A stretch of 64,000 bases of DNA, from the NCBI RefSeq assembly GCF_009914755.1, contig NC_060937.1; one strand, given 5' to 3'. Position 1 is the first letter of the stretch; the number at the start of each line of letters is the position of its first letter. This DNA comes from the human T2T-CHM13v2.0 reference genome, Homo sapiens. Position numbers and translations under genes: made by a program. Below are positions 29,228 to 48,750 of this stretch, piece by piece. The notes under the pieces are model-generated. The model was not told where the DNA came from, did not search any database, and saw nothing but the letters and a program-made list of their open reading frames with translations.

Positions 29228-31692
29228 AAGGTGAAGAGGTCTTGAGAAAGTGTTTTGAGACGACAGCCACGAGCACTTTTTTTTTTCTGAAATACAACCA
29301 AATCAGATGCTAGAGTCTGTGAGATTCTAGAGGCTGCTAGAGATCTGTGGGAGCTGCATTTGGGAAGAAACCCTCAGGGACTTGAGAGACTCACACTTCT
29401 TTTCCATTATCACTGACATAGCCGGGGAAGATCACCTACAGTGTTGGTGAGGTTTGTTGATGAATCTCATGACCTGGGAGTGGAATCTGTGGGCTTCCCA
29501 CCTTATGAGGCAGATGCAGAAATTTTGGCTGCGAAATTTCACACTGAAAGTTACAAGTGGGCACTAAATATGGAATATTGTTATGGCCAGATTTACATTA
29601 TGTCTGGTGGATTTTCTTCTAAAATGGAAGTTGTTTGCTTCTAGACTTTTGAAGAAAACCCCTCAAGCTATCTACATACTCTGCTCTTCCTATGCCTTAA
29701 GTATGTGGTTGGCAAAATCAGTGCCTGTTATGGGAGCAATTGAGGAACAAATGCTATAACTTTTCCTATAACAATTGTTATAGGAAAAGTTGAGGAAGTT
29801 TGTTCTTTTTTCCATTGTTGGCTGCAACTGCTTTTAGAATTTGGCAATGTAATTTCTGTTCTTTTTCAGAACAGTGAAGAAAAGGGTAAAGGACTGAACG
29901 AAATTTGCCATTCTCAGTGGACAGGCAGGCATGATGCTTTTGAATTGTAGTGGACCTCCTGTAAGCACTTGTTTTAGATGGTATAAATAGTGACCCAAAT
30001 ACTAGATGGAATAACTGTATAGCTGGCCAAGCATTTGTACTCTGTAGTATAGTAGCAGATTTTGATTTCACTGTTATCATTATTGTTCTTTAAAGTCTCC
30101 TATCTTTTACAAGAGCCTCTGGGGAAAATTTCTGAGGGCAAACCTCTGATTTCTTCTTTGCAGCTAATAGCTTGACTGCTGTACTGCATGCACTCAATGA
30201 AATGATGGAAAATATTGAAGTTCATCATGAGTTTTGGTTTGAGGAAGCCACAAATTTGGCAACCAAACCTGATATTCAAATGAAACTCCCTGGGAAATTC
30301 CACAGAGCTCAGCAAGGCAACTTGGAATCTCAACTAACCTCAGAGTTACTGTAAAGAAACCCCAAGTGCTCCAACAGTGCAACACGTTCTTCAGGAGCTG
30401 AAAGGTATATTCTCAGAACAGCACCTCAGAGCTCTTAAATGCATATCTCTGGTACCATCAGTCATGGGATAACTCAAACTCAATATGTCAGAGGAACACC
30501 ATGTACAGAAGTGACTTACTGGATCCCGACATGCTCTCAGCTGAGCTTCATTGTTGCAGAGTCAAATGGAAACACAGAGCAGAAGGTATAAAGCTTCCAT
30601 CCCCATTTATGAAGCCCTCAATCTGCCTGACATCAGGCAGATGTGTAGGCATTGATGTGTATGCATCGATGAAGGTCTCATGTAGTCTTCCTGTGATAAA
30701 GGTTGAGAATGAGTGCTATAAAAATGGACAAAAGCATTTCAAAGTGTATTTGATGAACACGTTGACTGACTAAAGATCGAGTAACTTGGCTTTGCATAAC
30801 ATAAATTTTAATATAAAACATGATCTGGATTTAATGGTAAACACATATATCAACTCTATACAACTAAGTCAGAGCTTCCTACAGATAATTCAGAAACTAG
30901 TTAAAATACCCAAGAGACTTTAAAAATAGGGCTTCTCTTATAGTTGATATTTGAAAGAAAAGCTGTAAGGTGTATGTAGGCCACTTAATCACTGAGTATC
31001 TTTGTCTATAGGCCTCCCATTGAATACTTTAGCCATTGATAATCTGCCAATTTGAAAGGGCCCTGTTTGAACTCTCCTGTTTTGGGGACCTATCTGTTCT
31101 TCCAGAAAGTGACACTGAAGTTGCCAGGTTTCACTATACATGAGCTCTGCTAGTAGCATTCTTGAATTGTTTTAATTGTCATTTTAGACATGGTATTTAT
31201 TATCACCATGGATCCAATTGTCGAGTATTGAGCTATCAATTCTTCCAAGAAATAAATGTTGAAGAGGTGTGGGAGGAAGGAATAAATTTTATAAAATGTT
31301 ACAATGAAGCTCATGATTGATCTGTGACTAGTAGGAATTTTAAGTGTATAGCTAAAAATCCATAATGGAAAGTAAAGGGAACTACCAGACAGAGAAACGT
31401 GTGAGTTTGCCAAACAAGAATTTCAGTGTAGATTTTGTTTTTACCAAATGAACTTAAAGGAACAAGTTATAGTGAAAGTTTGAATGGAAGAGCCCACCAT
31501 TGTTGTTCCACATTTGGTTGTGGCTGTCTGCATTCCTTTGTTGAGGCTACATCTTCATAAGCTTTTTATCAGGTGCATGTTCAACACTTGTGTTTCATGG
31601 TCAAGACAGAATCAGAGGCCATGGATACTGACAACTGACATGTCTGTTTTCTTCTGTCTTTTTCAATGAGTATATCTACAGCCTTGTCTTGA

Positions 31693-31998
31693 TTTTTTTT
31701 TTTTTTTTTTTTTTTTGAGTGATAGGGCCTTGGTCTATTACCCAGGCTGGAGTGCAGTGGCGTGATCGAGGCTTACTGCATCCTTGACCTTGTGGGCTCA
31801 AGTGACCCTCCCTCCACAGCCTTCCAAGTAGCTGAGATAACACGCATATGCTGCCATGTCTGGATAATTTTTTTTTTTTTGTAGAGATGAGGTCTCACTA
31901 TGTTGCCCAGGATGATCTCAAACTCCTGGGGTCAAGCAATCCTTCTGCCTCAGCCTCCCAAAGCGTTGGGAGTATAGTCATGAGCCACCATGCCCAGC
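31693..31998 (-). mobile_element. AluJ inside the THAP12 pseudogene 3' UTR
   Basis: AluJ-type sequence with a degenerate TSD (ccttgtcttgattt / cctcatcttggttt). Confidence 0.9.
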
Positions 31999-32416
31999 CC
32001 TCATCTTGGTTTATAAGCAAAACCTGAAAAATCTACAAAAAATAAGTATATGGTGGTTTGCCTAGAAATAATGCAGAAAATATTGCTATTATTTTCAGTG
32101 AAGAAAGTCAATATTGTATTGTTTATTTCACTGTAAATAAAATACAAATTTTCTCTTTAAAAAAGTTACCAAATTTTGCTTAGACTTATAAAACACAGCC
32201 CTGGCAAAAGAGTTTAAGATTAAAGCATATCCATTTTACTAAAAGAGACATTAGAACAGGGATGTACAATTTTGTATGAAGGTCAATGTTAGTGAAAACA
32301 GAATAAACATTTATAAGGACCCATCATGTTCCAGACAGCGTACCAGCTATTGCATAACAGCCAGTGAGGCACAGTATACAAAAGGAACTCAGCAAGTATC
32401 ATGGGATAGTCATCTA

Positions 32417-33128
<712 letters not shown>

Positions 33129-33907
33129 TTAAATATGAAACATAACATATCTGGAAGAGATGCAACCGAACTGGCTGGGAATGGGGAGAATAGGTGCAAG
33201 AACATAAAGCTGGAGGCACAAGTTTGGCATGTGTGAGAATAAAGAGAAAAAGAACAAAAAATGAGGCATGAAGCATAGTTCAGAAAGCTCAGTTTGTAAC
33301 TGGCATCCATCTGTGTCATTTTTTATTAATGCTTATTGTTTATTTCAAGAGAAGTCACGGATTTCAAAGGCATTAGGCTAGACTGGCCAAAACTCTTCCA
33401 GGGAAGAATTATTATCATTATTATTAGATACAATTTGCTGAATGTCTACTATATGCCAGGCCCTGCACTGAACCCTTTAAATACAATCTCTCTAACCTGT
33501 ACAACAATCCTACAATCTTGGCAATATTCCTAGTTAACAAATATGAAAACTAAAGCCAAGTGAGGTTATATATCTTGCACAGGATCCCACAAATTATAAA
33601 TGGAAAAGCTGCTGCATTACTAAATTTCTGAGAGGGAGACAGATGATTTGAATAATAAAAATATTTTGATCCACTTTTCTTCCCCTCCCTTTGGGTCACT
33701 ATATATATAAGTAGATCAGACGACTGTAAAATTCAAACATAAAATTTAAGAAGATGTATGAGTTTATAATGTTATTAAAGTAATGGTATTATATAAACAT
33801 TCTCAGTTTATAAATAGTACATTTTGTAAATTCATTCCAAAATGCATTGTTTGTAATTTAGAATGCCTGTTCTAGAGACAAAGCAAGCATGGTAGTTTCC
33901 AGGCTAG

Positions 33908-34267
<360 letters not shown>

Positions 34268-34789
34268 TAGGTTTTACTTCCTGGGATCAGGGGTACATAC
34301 TATTAAGAAACTATTAAGGGAGGAGTGAGGAAGAAGGAGGAAAGTAGAAGAAGAAGAAGATTTTCTGGCGGTAAACTAGAAATGAAGTTTCTAAACTACA
34401 AACTGTCATGTTTCAAAAGTTTGTAAATTGTTTATTGAAACTCAAAAGTTATTTTGTCAAAAAAAAGTACACATGGTGGTTCAGTTTCTAACCAGCCTAT
34501 AAAGCTTATTAAAGTGGTCATCTGATTGACATTTATTAATTTTTTATTTGATTTGAGCTTCTACTGTCCTTGTTTTTCCTTTTCCTTTTTTCAGCTGTTC
34601 TTTTATTATCTGCGTGACCTTCAGCAAATTACCTAACCTCTATAAGCCTCAGTTTCCCCATGTGTAAAATGATGATAACTGTAGTACCTATTGAATTCTG
34701 AGGATGAAATTAGTTAATGCCTTGCACATAGAAAATATTCAATAAATAATAGCCACTATTACTATTACTCTTATTATATTACTATCATC

Positions 34790-35800
<1,011 letters not shown>

Positions 35801-37078
35801 TATATCATCATCACCGTCATTGTCATCATTATCATCATCACCTCCCGTAAAACACACAAATGGCACATAGTGTGAAAGGCATTGTGTTAGGTTCTAGGGA
35901 TTTTTTAAAAGTTGTAAAATATCGTCCCTTTCCTTCTACACCTTGAAATCCTTTTGAAGAGTCAGGAAGAACACACGAAAGTAAAATAAGTATATGCTAA
36001 GAGCCAAATAAATGTGAACAAGGTATATGCTATGGGAACTAATTGGCACTGGGTGGTAAAGAAAGATCCCATAGTACTCTTTGAGTTGGATCTATGAGTT
36101 TGGGTCACTATATGACACTTTGAATTGAGATCTGTGACCTATCCTTTTGGCCACTTTGAGTTGGATCTCAAAGAATGGGTAGGGGTTAGACAAACAAAGA
36201 AGAAAATAGTAATATTAATGGGGAAAGCAGTGAATGCTGTAGGGAGAATTAATAAACTTCTAATGTAGTGCTTCTAAGCTCTGAATTCATGTTAAAATCA
36301 CCAAGAGCCTTTACAAATCCCAGTGCCCACCTGTAACCAGTTCAATTACATCAGGATTGCTGTTTTCAGATCTTATAAAGTCTCTAATCCATTTCAAGTT
36401 AACTTTTGTATGTGGTATAAAACACAAGTCCGACTTCACTCTTTTGCCTGTGGATATCCAGTTTTCCCAACACCATTTATCAAAGAGATTTTTCTTTCTT
36501 CATTGTGTATTCTTCACACCCTTGTCAAAGATTAGTTGACCATATATGTGTAAGCTTATTTCTGGGATTCCTATTGTGTTTCATTGACTTATGTGTACGG
36601 TTTTATGTCAATACCATACTGTTTTGATTACCATAGCTTTGCAATATAGTTTGAAATCAGAGACTTTGATGCCTTTAGCTTTATTTTTCTTTGTTAAGAT
36701 TGCTTTGGCTATCTGGCATCTTTTGTGGTTCCATATAAATTTTAGGATAAAAAGTATTTCTGTGAAAAATGCCATTGGAATTTTGATAGGGATTCCATTG
36801 AATCTGTAGATTGCTTTGGGTAGTGGGGACCCTTTACTGATATTAATTCTTCCAACCCATGGACATGGATATCTTTCCATTTATTTGTGTCTTCAGTTTC
36901 CTCCATCAGTGTTTTATAGTTTTTAGTGTATAGATCTTTCATCTCCTTTCTTAAATTTATTCTTAAGTATTTTATTCTTTTTGATGTTATTGTAATTTGG
37001 AATTGTTTTTCTTGATGCCTTTTTTGGATAGTTCATCATTAGTGTATAGAAACACAACCGACTTTTGTATGTTGGTTT

Positions 37079-37492
37079 TGGCGATGGAACGAGACTCCAT
37101 CTCAAAAAAAAAAAAAAACAAAAAAAACAAAGATGAACAAGTTCTGAGGATCTAAGGTACACCATGGGTGGTGACGGATGCATTAATTAATTTGACCATG
37201 ATAATCTTTATACAACATATACATATATGAAATAATCATGTTACATACCTTGAATATATATAATCTTTGTCAATTAAATATATTAAAATTTTAAGAATGG
37301 GGGAAAAGGGATTGCTGGGGGGATTCCCTAGGTAATTCCCAGGGACAACCAAGGTTGAGAACCACTGTTTCATTGTATAGGAAGCAGCCTATGAGAAACT
37401 GTTCAGCAGCTATATTGGAAATATAGAAGAGCTCAGATTGTGGAAACCTTAGCTACGTGGAACTAACTAATCTAATTCTAACATGTCTACTG
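37079..37492 (+). repeat. Local duplicate (~415 bp) of 39134-39875, lacking the AluY
   Basis: Direct alignment of Alu 3' end + gatgaacaagttctgaggatctaaggtacacc... + ggggaaaagggattgctgggggg + gcagcctatgagaaactgttc...ctacgtgga. Confidence 0.93.
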
Positions 37493-38297
37493 AAATTATA
37501 AAACTCCTAGAAGAAAATATAGGAAATAAAACTCCTTGACATTGGTTTTGTCAGTAATTTTTTGGCTATGCCCCAAAAGCACAGTTAACAAGGGCAAAAA
37601 TAGACAGATGGAATTTTATCAAACCGAAAAGCTTTTGCCCAGCAAAGGAAACAATCAACAAAATGAAAAAGCAACCTATAGAATGGAAGAAAATATTTGC
37701 AGGCCATATATCTGATAAGGGCTTAATATCCAAAATATATGAGGAATTCACACAACCCAAAAGCACAAAAACAATCGGATTAAAAGATGGGCACAGGACC
37801 TGAATAGACATTTTCCTAAAGAAGACATACAAATGGCCAACAGGTATGTGAAAAGATGCTCAACATCACTAATTCTCAGGGAAAGGCAAACTCACACTAA
37901 GAGATACTGCATCACACCTGTTAGGACAGCTATTATCAAAAAGATAAGAGATGACAAGTATTGTCAAGGGTGTAGAGAAAAAGGAATCCTTGAACACTGT
38001 TGGTGGGAATGTAAATTGGTACAGCTATTATGGAAAACAGTATGGCAGTTCCTCAAAAAATTAAAAATAGAACTACCATATGATCCATCTATCCCATTTC
38101 TGGGCATATACCCAAAGGAAATGAAATCGGTATCTCAAGGAGATATCTGTATTCCATGTTTATTGCATGATTATTCACAATAGCCAAGATAATGAAGATA
38201 ACCTAAATGTCCATCAATGGATGAATGGATAAAGAAAAAGTGATGTGTGTATGTAAAAGTGGTGTGTATACACACACACACAGAGGAATATTATTCA

Positions 38298-38622
<325 letters not shown>

Positions 38623-38874
38623 GGAAAGAAAGAAAAAGAAGGAAATTCTGCCATTTGCAACAACATGGATGGAACTGGAGGCTGTTATGTTAAGGGAAAT
38701 AAGCCAAGAATCAAAAGACAATTACTGTATGATCTCATATTTATGTATAATCTAAAATAGTCCAATTCATAGAAACAGAGTAGAATGGTGGCTGTCAGGG
38801 GTTGGTGGTGTGAGGGAAATGGGGAGATCTTGGTCAAAGGATACAAACTTACAGTTATAAGATGAACAAGTTCT

Positions 38875-39229
<355 letters not shown>

Positions 39230-39339
39230 TTAATTAATTTGACCATGATAATCATTATACAGCGTATACATATGTGAAATAATCATGTTACATGCCTTGA
39301 ATATATATAATCTTTGTCAATTAAATATATTAAAATTTT

Positions 39340-39836
<497 letters not shown>

Positions 39837-40929
39837 CTACGTGGAGCTAACTAATTTAATTCTAGTATTTCTATTGTAAGCTGCCTTAAAGTATTTTCAT
39901 AAGCCAGGCTAAAGTAAATACAGGACCTGAAATATTAGATGAAGGAGTTTAAATTAAGCTATAGGCAATGGAAAATCACGTAGGGTCTTTAAAGATTTTT
40001 AAGCAGAGGAATGATGTAAATAGAACATTAAGAAATTTAAACAGGATGTAGGCTTTCAGGGCAGGAAGGATGATATCTGATGGAACCTGACCTTGGGTGG
40101 TGGAGGCGGGGCAGGGAAAAGGCTACTAACGGAGAAAGAGTCCCAGAGGTTCTGGGCATGGAGTTGCGTGGAAACAAATAGCCCTGGGTATCAAATATCA
40201 GGTGGTTGCAGAGGTGACCTAGCCATGTTTATGTGTGATAGAAAAAGCTATGTAGCTCACAGGAGAGATACATGTTTGTGCCGGAACCAGCCAGAAAAGA
40301 CTTGGCTTTCCTGGCAATTGGGCCTGAGTAACACAGTCCAGCTAAATGGAGGGTGAAACATACTGAAACAAGAAGTCAGAGTAATACATTAAGCCTTGAA
40401 AAACTGAACACAAAACTAAACTGTGTTCCTATAGGTTAGTTGCTACACTCTTGTGTAGCAAAATATTATTTTGAACTGAAGAATATAAAGTGATATGCTT
40501 ATTTCTAAAAAGGTGTCCACTAGCGAAAAAAAGGACAAAATTACAGTACTAAATATCATTTTAAAGAGGTAACTTCTCCTTAATACTTACAGAATGTGAG
40601 GATGGAATTCACCAACAACAAATTTGAGAGATTTCAGTCAGGGATGCCCTTAACAGTCAAAGTAATAGGAATCTACTAGTCAGGAAAAGGAGAAATCATT
40701 TTAAACCTATCACTCACATTATTATTTCAGCTGTCTTAGTATGTATCTGATGAAAGTGTATTGCTACCAATCTTAAGGAAGCAAGGAATGAGGTTATGTT
40801 TTTTTTTAAATTATCTTGCAAAACGGTAAAAATTTTCAAGCTAGTATTACAAGGTAAAATGGGAAATCCTGTCCCCATTTCATTCTCTACTCAACTTAAA
40901 TGTCATGGTGGTCTGTCATTTTAACTACT

Positions 40930-43539
40930 CTCCTGCCAGTGATCCTAACCTCCCTCGCCTGATTTTCTTTTCATCATATCCAGCTGGCAAGGTCCCAACC
41001 CTGGATGAATCCAACATCTGTCTTTGCCCAGCCTCCACCTGAGCTGTTGAGTACTAGTGATGAAAATCACACAACAAGGCAAATGGATATTGATATAAAT
41101 GCATGGCTGCACCTGCAAATGGGCCCCATACATTGGCTAGAAGTCCTCTGATGATATCCTGCCAGCTATCTCTCCCATTTTGCTCAAGCACTATTTTAAA
41201 CCTGCGGTCTTTTCAGATATGCAATCATTGCTTTCTCTCTTTTCACTCCTTCCCCTGCTTCACAGCAGATGAGTTTTTCTTCTACTTTACAGGGAAAACC
41301 AAAGCCATTTGAAAAGCAACTGCTTCAACATTTACCAGATCTACAGATTTATATGCATCCATGCTTGGGAGAGAGAGAAAAACATGGCCACAATATTTTG
41401 CACTTCTTACTATCAAGAAGTGGAGTCTATTTGCCCATTCCTTGAATCTGGGCTGGTCTTGTGACTTGCTTTAACCAAGATGTGGTGGAAGTGATATGTG
41501 AGTTCCAGAGCACAGAACTCAAGAGACCTTATGGCTTTTATCTTTACCATTTTAAAGCATGTCAGTACCAGATAAGAAAGTTTGAGCTTGACTACTGAAT
41601 GAGGAAAAACCACGTGCAGAGAGAGGCCCAGCTGAGAGCCAGAACCAAGGCCACAGACGTGCATATGAGGTCATCTTAGACCCTCCAGCCCCAGTCTAGC
41701 AACTACTTACAGCCATGTGAGTAACGTCAGATGAGACCAGCAGAAACACTTGGCTGAGTCCAGCCAACCTACTGAATCATGAGAAATAATAAATCCTTGT
41801 TGTTTTATGTCACTGTCTTTGGGAGTTGTTTGTAGGGCAGAAATAGATATGTGATAAGGATTGCTATCCTTTTCTTCTTCCTGCTTGTTAACCATGGAAG
41901 AGATGTGTCTTTTCCTGATGAAGAGCAATGCTTTCACCTATGCCCTGGGACCATTCCCTCTCCCTATTTTAGAGATACAGAACTATTGTTTTCAGTATCT
42001 TCTTGCAAGTGGCTCCATTTAATCAGCAGTGAAATACCTCCAGTCTCTCTTGACTAATGTTTCCTTCTACTTCATGTTCACCTCCTGTGACAATCCCCTT
42101 TTTGATAAGGAACTATATACAGCAGGTCCTATCTTTTATCTCCATTGTACAGCTACTATCATCATTCCGAAGAATAACTGCTAACTTAGAACATACACCA
42201 TGTATTAATACCAGGCACAATTCTAAATACTTTACATATATTGCTATTAACTCTCTTAACCCTTCCAACAACTTTATGAGGTAGTTACTATTATTCCACT
42301 TTTACAGATGAAGAAGGAAACTGAGACACAAATAAAGCAGCTTGCCTTGTTAGTCAGGGGCAGGTTTGAGAGCAGAGGCCAGATTGCTGAGGCAGTTCTT
42401 GCAACCATTCTGCTATAAATGACCTACATGTCTGGTTCCATTTCGTTACTTCAAACTCACTCTTCAATCCAATGCAGATTGGCTTCGACCCCTGCTTCAC
42501 TGCTGCAACTACTGTTGTTAGTGTCCAAAATCATTTATGTATCAATGAATCATGCATTCTCAGTGGGACAATATCGCTTACTAAGGGGCAAAATCTGATT
42601 CTGAAGGGCTCAAAAAAAAAAAAAAGATACTAAAATGGTGTGTGGTCCTCCAATGTGCTACAGTACACAAATAGATACACTATATCCGTAAAATTAACAT
42701 TTCATGGGGGTAGACAGAAAAAAAAATCTAAACATGCTCCTTAGCGGGGAAACCATTTTAAAACAGGTTGAGAAACTATGATACGTTTAACACTATGATC
42801 TTTATCTTGCTTGACTTCTTGGCAGCATTCAGTGCTATTGCCCATCCCTCCTTTTCAAAACATGTTCTTCTCTTGGCTTTTGTGATTTCATATTTCCTGA
42901 TTTTCAAATAACCCTCTGGCCTCCTCTCCTATACTCAACCTTTGAATGTTGGAGGTCCTCAGGGATTTGTTCTTTCTCACTGTAACGTATTTACTTTGTA
43001 GGCAATCTAACCAACTGTTATGGTTGGTGATTTCCAAATTCTTATCTCCAGCCCTGCTCTTTGCTTTGAGCTTCAGACTCCCACATCCACCTGCCCACCA
43101 GATATGTTCACTTAGATTTCTGAGGCATTGCAAGTTTGACATGTCCAAAATGGAACTTACTTTTTTCACCTAAACTTGTTACTCTCAGTCTTCCCCATCT
43201 CAGTAAGTGGCAACATCCTCAGGAGTCATCTTAATTACTTCTTTTTCTTTACTTTCCATCCAACTGATCAGCAAGTTCCATAAATCTCTGTCTCCATACT
43301 ATCTATCTATTATCTATATATCTATCATCTATCTATCTGTCTCCCTCCCTCCCTATCCATTCATCCATCCATCCATTTACCCATCTATCATTCATCCATC
43401 CATCCATCCACCCATCTATCTATCCATCCATTCATTCATCCATCTATCATCTATTCACCCATCTATATATCCATTATCCATCTGTTCATTCATCTATTCA
43501 CCCATCTATCTATCCATTCATTCATCTAACTATTCATCC

Positions 43540-43587
<48 letters not shown>

Positions 43588-43677
43588 GTCTAATCTGTCT
43601 ACCTATTTGTCCATCCATCCATCCATTCCTCTATCTTCTATCTATCCATCAATTCACTCATCTATCTATCCATTCAT

Positions 43678-43713
<36 letters not shown>

Positions 43714-44180
43714 GTCACCATCCATCCATCCATCCATCTTGCCTCCTACAATTAATTCTTCACATAGCACCAGGATATTCTTTTTAAAGCATAAATCATA
43801 TCTGGTCACTCCCCTCCTTATAACCTTCTGAAAGGTTGCCTGCAAATAAAACCCAAACGCCTTGCTATGGTCAAAAAGGCCATATATAATCTGGTCCCTG
43901 TCTACCTCTCTGTCTTCACCTCACACAATTTCACCTCTTACTCATTATATTCTTGTCATCTTTCTGTTCCTTCATTCCCAGCTTTGCCTTTTGCACTTGC
44001 TGTCTGTTTAATCTGCCTGGACTACTCTGCTCCCTCATCCACAGCAGATTTTGTTTCTCAACCTTCAGGTCTCTGCTTAAGCATTGTCTCCTTACAGAAA
44101 CCTTGACCGTCTACCAATCTAAAGGAATTTCCTCCTGGTCTCACTTTCTATCACATTGTCCTGTTTTATTTCCTTTATAA
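40930..44180 (-). mobile_element. Fragmented L2 with nested MLT1-type LTR (~41370-41850), MIR (~42170-42420) and MER112-like MITE (42551-42780)
   Basis: Pyrimidine-rich L2 motifs; MLT1 end ataataaat...gtttgtagggcag; MIR core ttttacagatgaag..aaactgag; MER112 termini catgcattctca / ttgagaaact. Confidence 0.7.
43293..43740. repeat. Compound tetranucleotide microsatellite (TCTA/TCCA/TTCA)n
   Basis: Directly visible, with pure (TCTA)n runs at ~43541-43585 and ~43680-43712. Confidence 0.97.
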
Positions 44181-45785
44181 TACGTAGGGCATTCTTCCTC
44201 CTGTGAGCTCCCTACCCCCATCTCCCTCATGCCCCCTAATAAAGGAGCTCTCATATTCTTGCATGGTCCTGTCCCTGTGGCTACACTTAGTTGGCCTAGG
44301 ACGGGCCTGACTCAGCCATACCAGAGCCCTTCTTGGGATTTTTAGAACCAGAATTGAGAAACAGTCAATTCTTCGCTAATGAAAGCCATTGTCTGACGTA
44401 AAATTCAGCAACTATTGGTGGTCATGTTTCCCGTTGTGTGGAGGAAATGAGTCCACAAAGGCAAATGATACCCACATGGTGAAGGGGAGAAGAGTAAGAT
44501 ATTTTTGAAAGTATTTTTTATATTCTGGTTATTTCTAAGGTCTAAATTATATTCTGGATGCTTGCAGAGTTAGTAAGGATACTTTTTGCATCTATAGTTT
44601 CTTTGAAAATTTTTTAAAAATCAGGCCAGAAAGACAGAGTGAAAAAAATGAAATATTAAAAAAAAGCTCTTGGATTGATTAATCTAACTTGTTCTTCCTT
44701 GTGTCGAACACTGTGCTCACATGTAGATGGTTAATATGTGCGGGATGAACGTGCCACCTGTAGAATGAGAGGTTACATGCTTTCCACTGAAAGCATGCCT
44801 TAATACTGAGTGAGAAAGTGGAAGTCAAAGTTGTAGAGACTGCAGTGATTAACTATGAGAAGAGCCACTTGGGCTTTTACATTAATATATCATGAAGCAC
44901 TCAGTCCTTTTGCAGCTATAAAAAGCCCTTTTTAGAGGCAAGACTGAGGCAAGATACTAAATGTTTTACAATGACTGTCCTCTGACAGGTGGAGACCTTT
45001 ATTATTATTAATGTCCATTTCAACATTTATTGAAATCAATCCAATGAAACACATTCTAATGAAATATAATTACGCAAACAATATGTGCTTGGAACTGTAG
45101 GGGATATATAGATGATTAAGGCAGGAACTCAGTCACTAAATTTATTAAGGGGCAGATTTTTTTAATCGCATAAAATAAATGATTAAAATACAAGGTAGCT
45201 ATAATGAGTTACAAATAAAGTGCAATGGTGCCAGGGCTGGGGTAGAGGTTCATGATAAAGAAAGGTCATATCTAGTTGCAAGAACTGGGAAAGACTTCAT
45301 GACCAAATTAAGCACTTGGGGGATGGGTAGGACTGTAAAGGTCAGAGATGGTATGAGGAAGCATCTTAGCCCTTAAGAACCTTAAGAACACACAAAAGGA
45401 GACACTTAAAACTAAATATTAGATGCTGCTGTTCCTAGCATTAGCCATGCTCTCCTATAAGGGGCCCTTAGTGGCTATCTCTTTCTCAGCTCCCCATCCT
45501 GATACCATTTTACAGGGTCAGCTTACCTCCTACCACCATATTCCTCCAACCTAGTGTCTAGGCCTCTAACTCTCACCCTGGCTTCAAAGAGAAAAGCAGA
45601 TCTTGCTCTTCCCTAGTCCAAGGTTAGCTTCTTTTCCTGCCCCCAGGAAAAGACTGACAGTCAGGACTGACATTCAGGATACTCAGTTGACAGTGAGGAC
45701 ACTCAATTCCTTCAGGGAGAGTTCACCTTCACCCAGAGTGAAGCCAGCCAAAACAGTGTATAAAAGTACATTTTTAAAAGTCTGA

Positions 45786-46101
45786 GGCCAGGTATGTGGC
45801 TCATGCCTGTAATCCCAGCACTTTGGGAGGTTGAGACAGGAGGATCACTTGAACCCAGGAGTTAAAGACCAGCCTGGGCAACAGAGCGAGACTCCGTCTC
45901 TCAAAAAAAAAAAAAAAAAAAACTTAGCTGGGTGTAGTGGCACATGCCTGTAGTCCCAGCTACTCAGGAGGCTGGGGAGGAGAATTGTTTGAGCCCAGGA
46001 GTTCAAGGTTGTAGTAAGCTGTGATCGCATCACTGCACTCCAGCCTGGGTGACATAGCCAGACCCTGTCTCAAAATAAAAACACAAAAAGACAAACAAAA
46101 A
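45786..46101 (+). mobile_element. AluJ with an expanded central A tract
   Basis: AluJ diagnostic positions; TSD aaaag(g)tctga. Confidence 0.92.
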
Positions 46102-47559
46102 AGGTCTGAGACCTTCAGTGTTCCAGAATAGTGTGTATAATTGGTACAGGAGGTGGGGAAGGGGGACCCAATACAGTGTAGGGGCAAGCTGAGTCCCATG
46201 CCTCTTCACAACTTTTCCTCCAGTGTGGTAGTTTGATTTCTCAAGATCCATGAGTAAATATGTGCACAAAAGACACATCCCTCAAAAAATACAAAATACA
46301 TTGTCTAAGGAAGAATCTTTTAAATCCATATTCAGAAAATGATGTAATTCTTTAAGGATGCAAATGAGCAGTTCTGCTAGAGAGTTACCCAATTTTCATC
46401 ACTGAATGGAAACAAATAATATGCCATTAATGAAAGCCTACATTTGTTTTGTGCTTTGCACTTTGCAAAGAAAAAATTCTAGGCTCCAAGAACACATTAG
46501 TAAATGACAATGCAGGATTCAAACCCAGTATAGTAAAATACTCAATACTTATATAGTATGCTAGGTAAAAACAATTTAATTTTACACAGTGGTGAAGTCA
46601 CTAATTTTCTCCAAGGAAAATTATATAAGAGAAAGCCCTTTGGAGGCTTTTTCACAAGATGATATCATCATCATCATCATTGGTATATGGATCTTTTTGA
46701 GATAAACATGTTTATTCATTCATTAATTTAACAAGTGTTTACTGTGCATCATTATCAAGGCATGACACTAGGTTTTACAGAAGATGCAAATATGACTTCC
46801 TATAACAACTTAGGATCTAGCAAGGTAGAGGAAATAAAAGATGAAAGGAATTTGATAAATATCACAGGAAAGGTGGGAAAAAAAGTGTTAAAAAGTTCAC
46901 ATTAAAACTGCAAAGTTCATATTCCCTTTGGGAAGTGGGGAGCTTTAGTGGAAATGGTAACAATTGGAAAACCAAAAATTAAAAATAGACAAGGGGGGTA
47001 AGATAAAATGATAGATTAGTATCAAGATACCAGGACTCCTGAAGCAGGACATATTGCTACCTTAAGATTATTAACAAACTAGTTCCCATGGATTTAGATC
47101 CTTTCTGTAATCATAGCTAGAAACTGGTGTTCTTATAGGTAGTATCGCAGAAGGCTGTACTGTACTCAATACTTCCTGTATATGGATAGGAAAGGTTTGG
47201 ATGGTCATCTGTCACAAGAGTAACAATGTTTAGGAGTAGCTTGGACACTGGTCATTGATTCACTTTTATTGGTGCTTGTAATGTCAGTATGTTGACATCA
47301 TTGTGCAGCCCTTATCAGATTGTGAACACCAAGAGTACCCCAACTGCTGGCCCGCGAGCTGTTTACAAATATCATACCGGCTTTTATCGATGATAGTGGC
47401 CTTTAAAATCTGGAGTTCAGAGTGGCACAAAATGTGTTTCTAATGCAAACGACTCTCCTTCCCACGTGCACCTCTTTGATCAAGTTTGTGGCTGAAATCA
47501 GACTCTAGTTAGATCGCTGTAAAAATAAAAATAAATTTTCCCCAAATGATTGAAACGAA

Positions 47560-48750
<1,191 letters not shown>

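Noticed and set aside
29230-30900. Autonomous hAT DNA transposon
   Set aside because: The sequence follows THAP12 mRNA including its UTRs and polyA signal, has an L1-type TSD and shows no terminal inverted repeats.
43207-43831. ORFs rich in IYLS/IHPS
   Set aside because: Translation of the TCTA/TCCA microsatellite.
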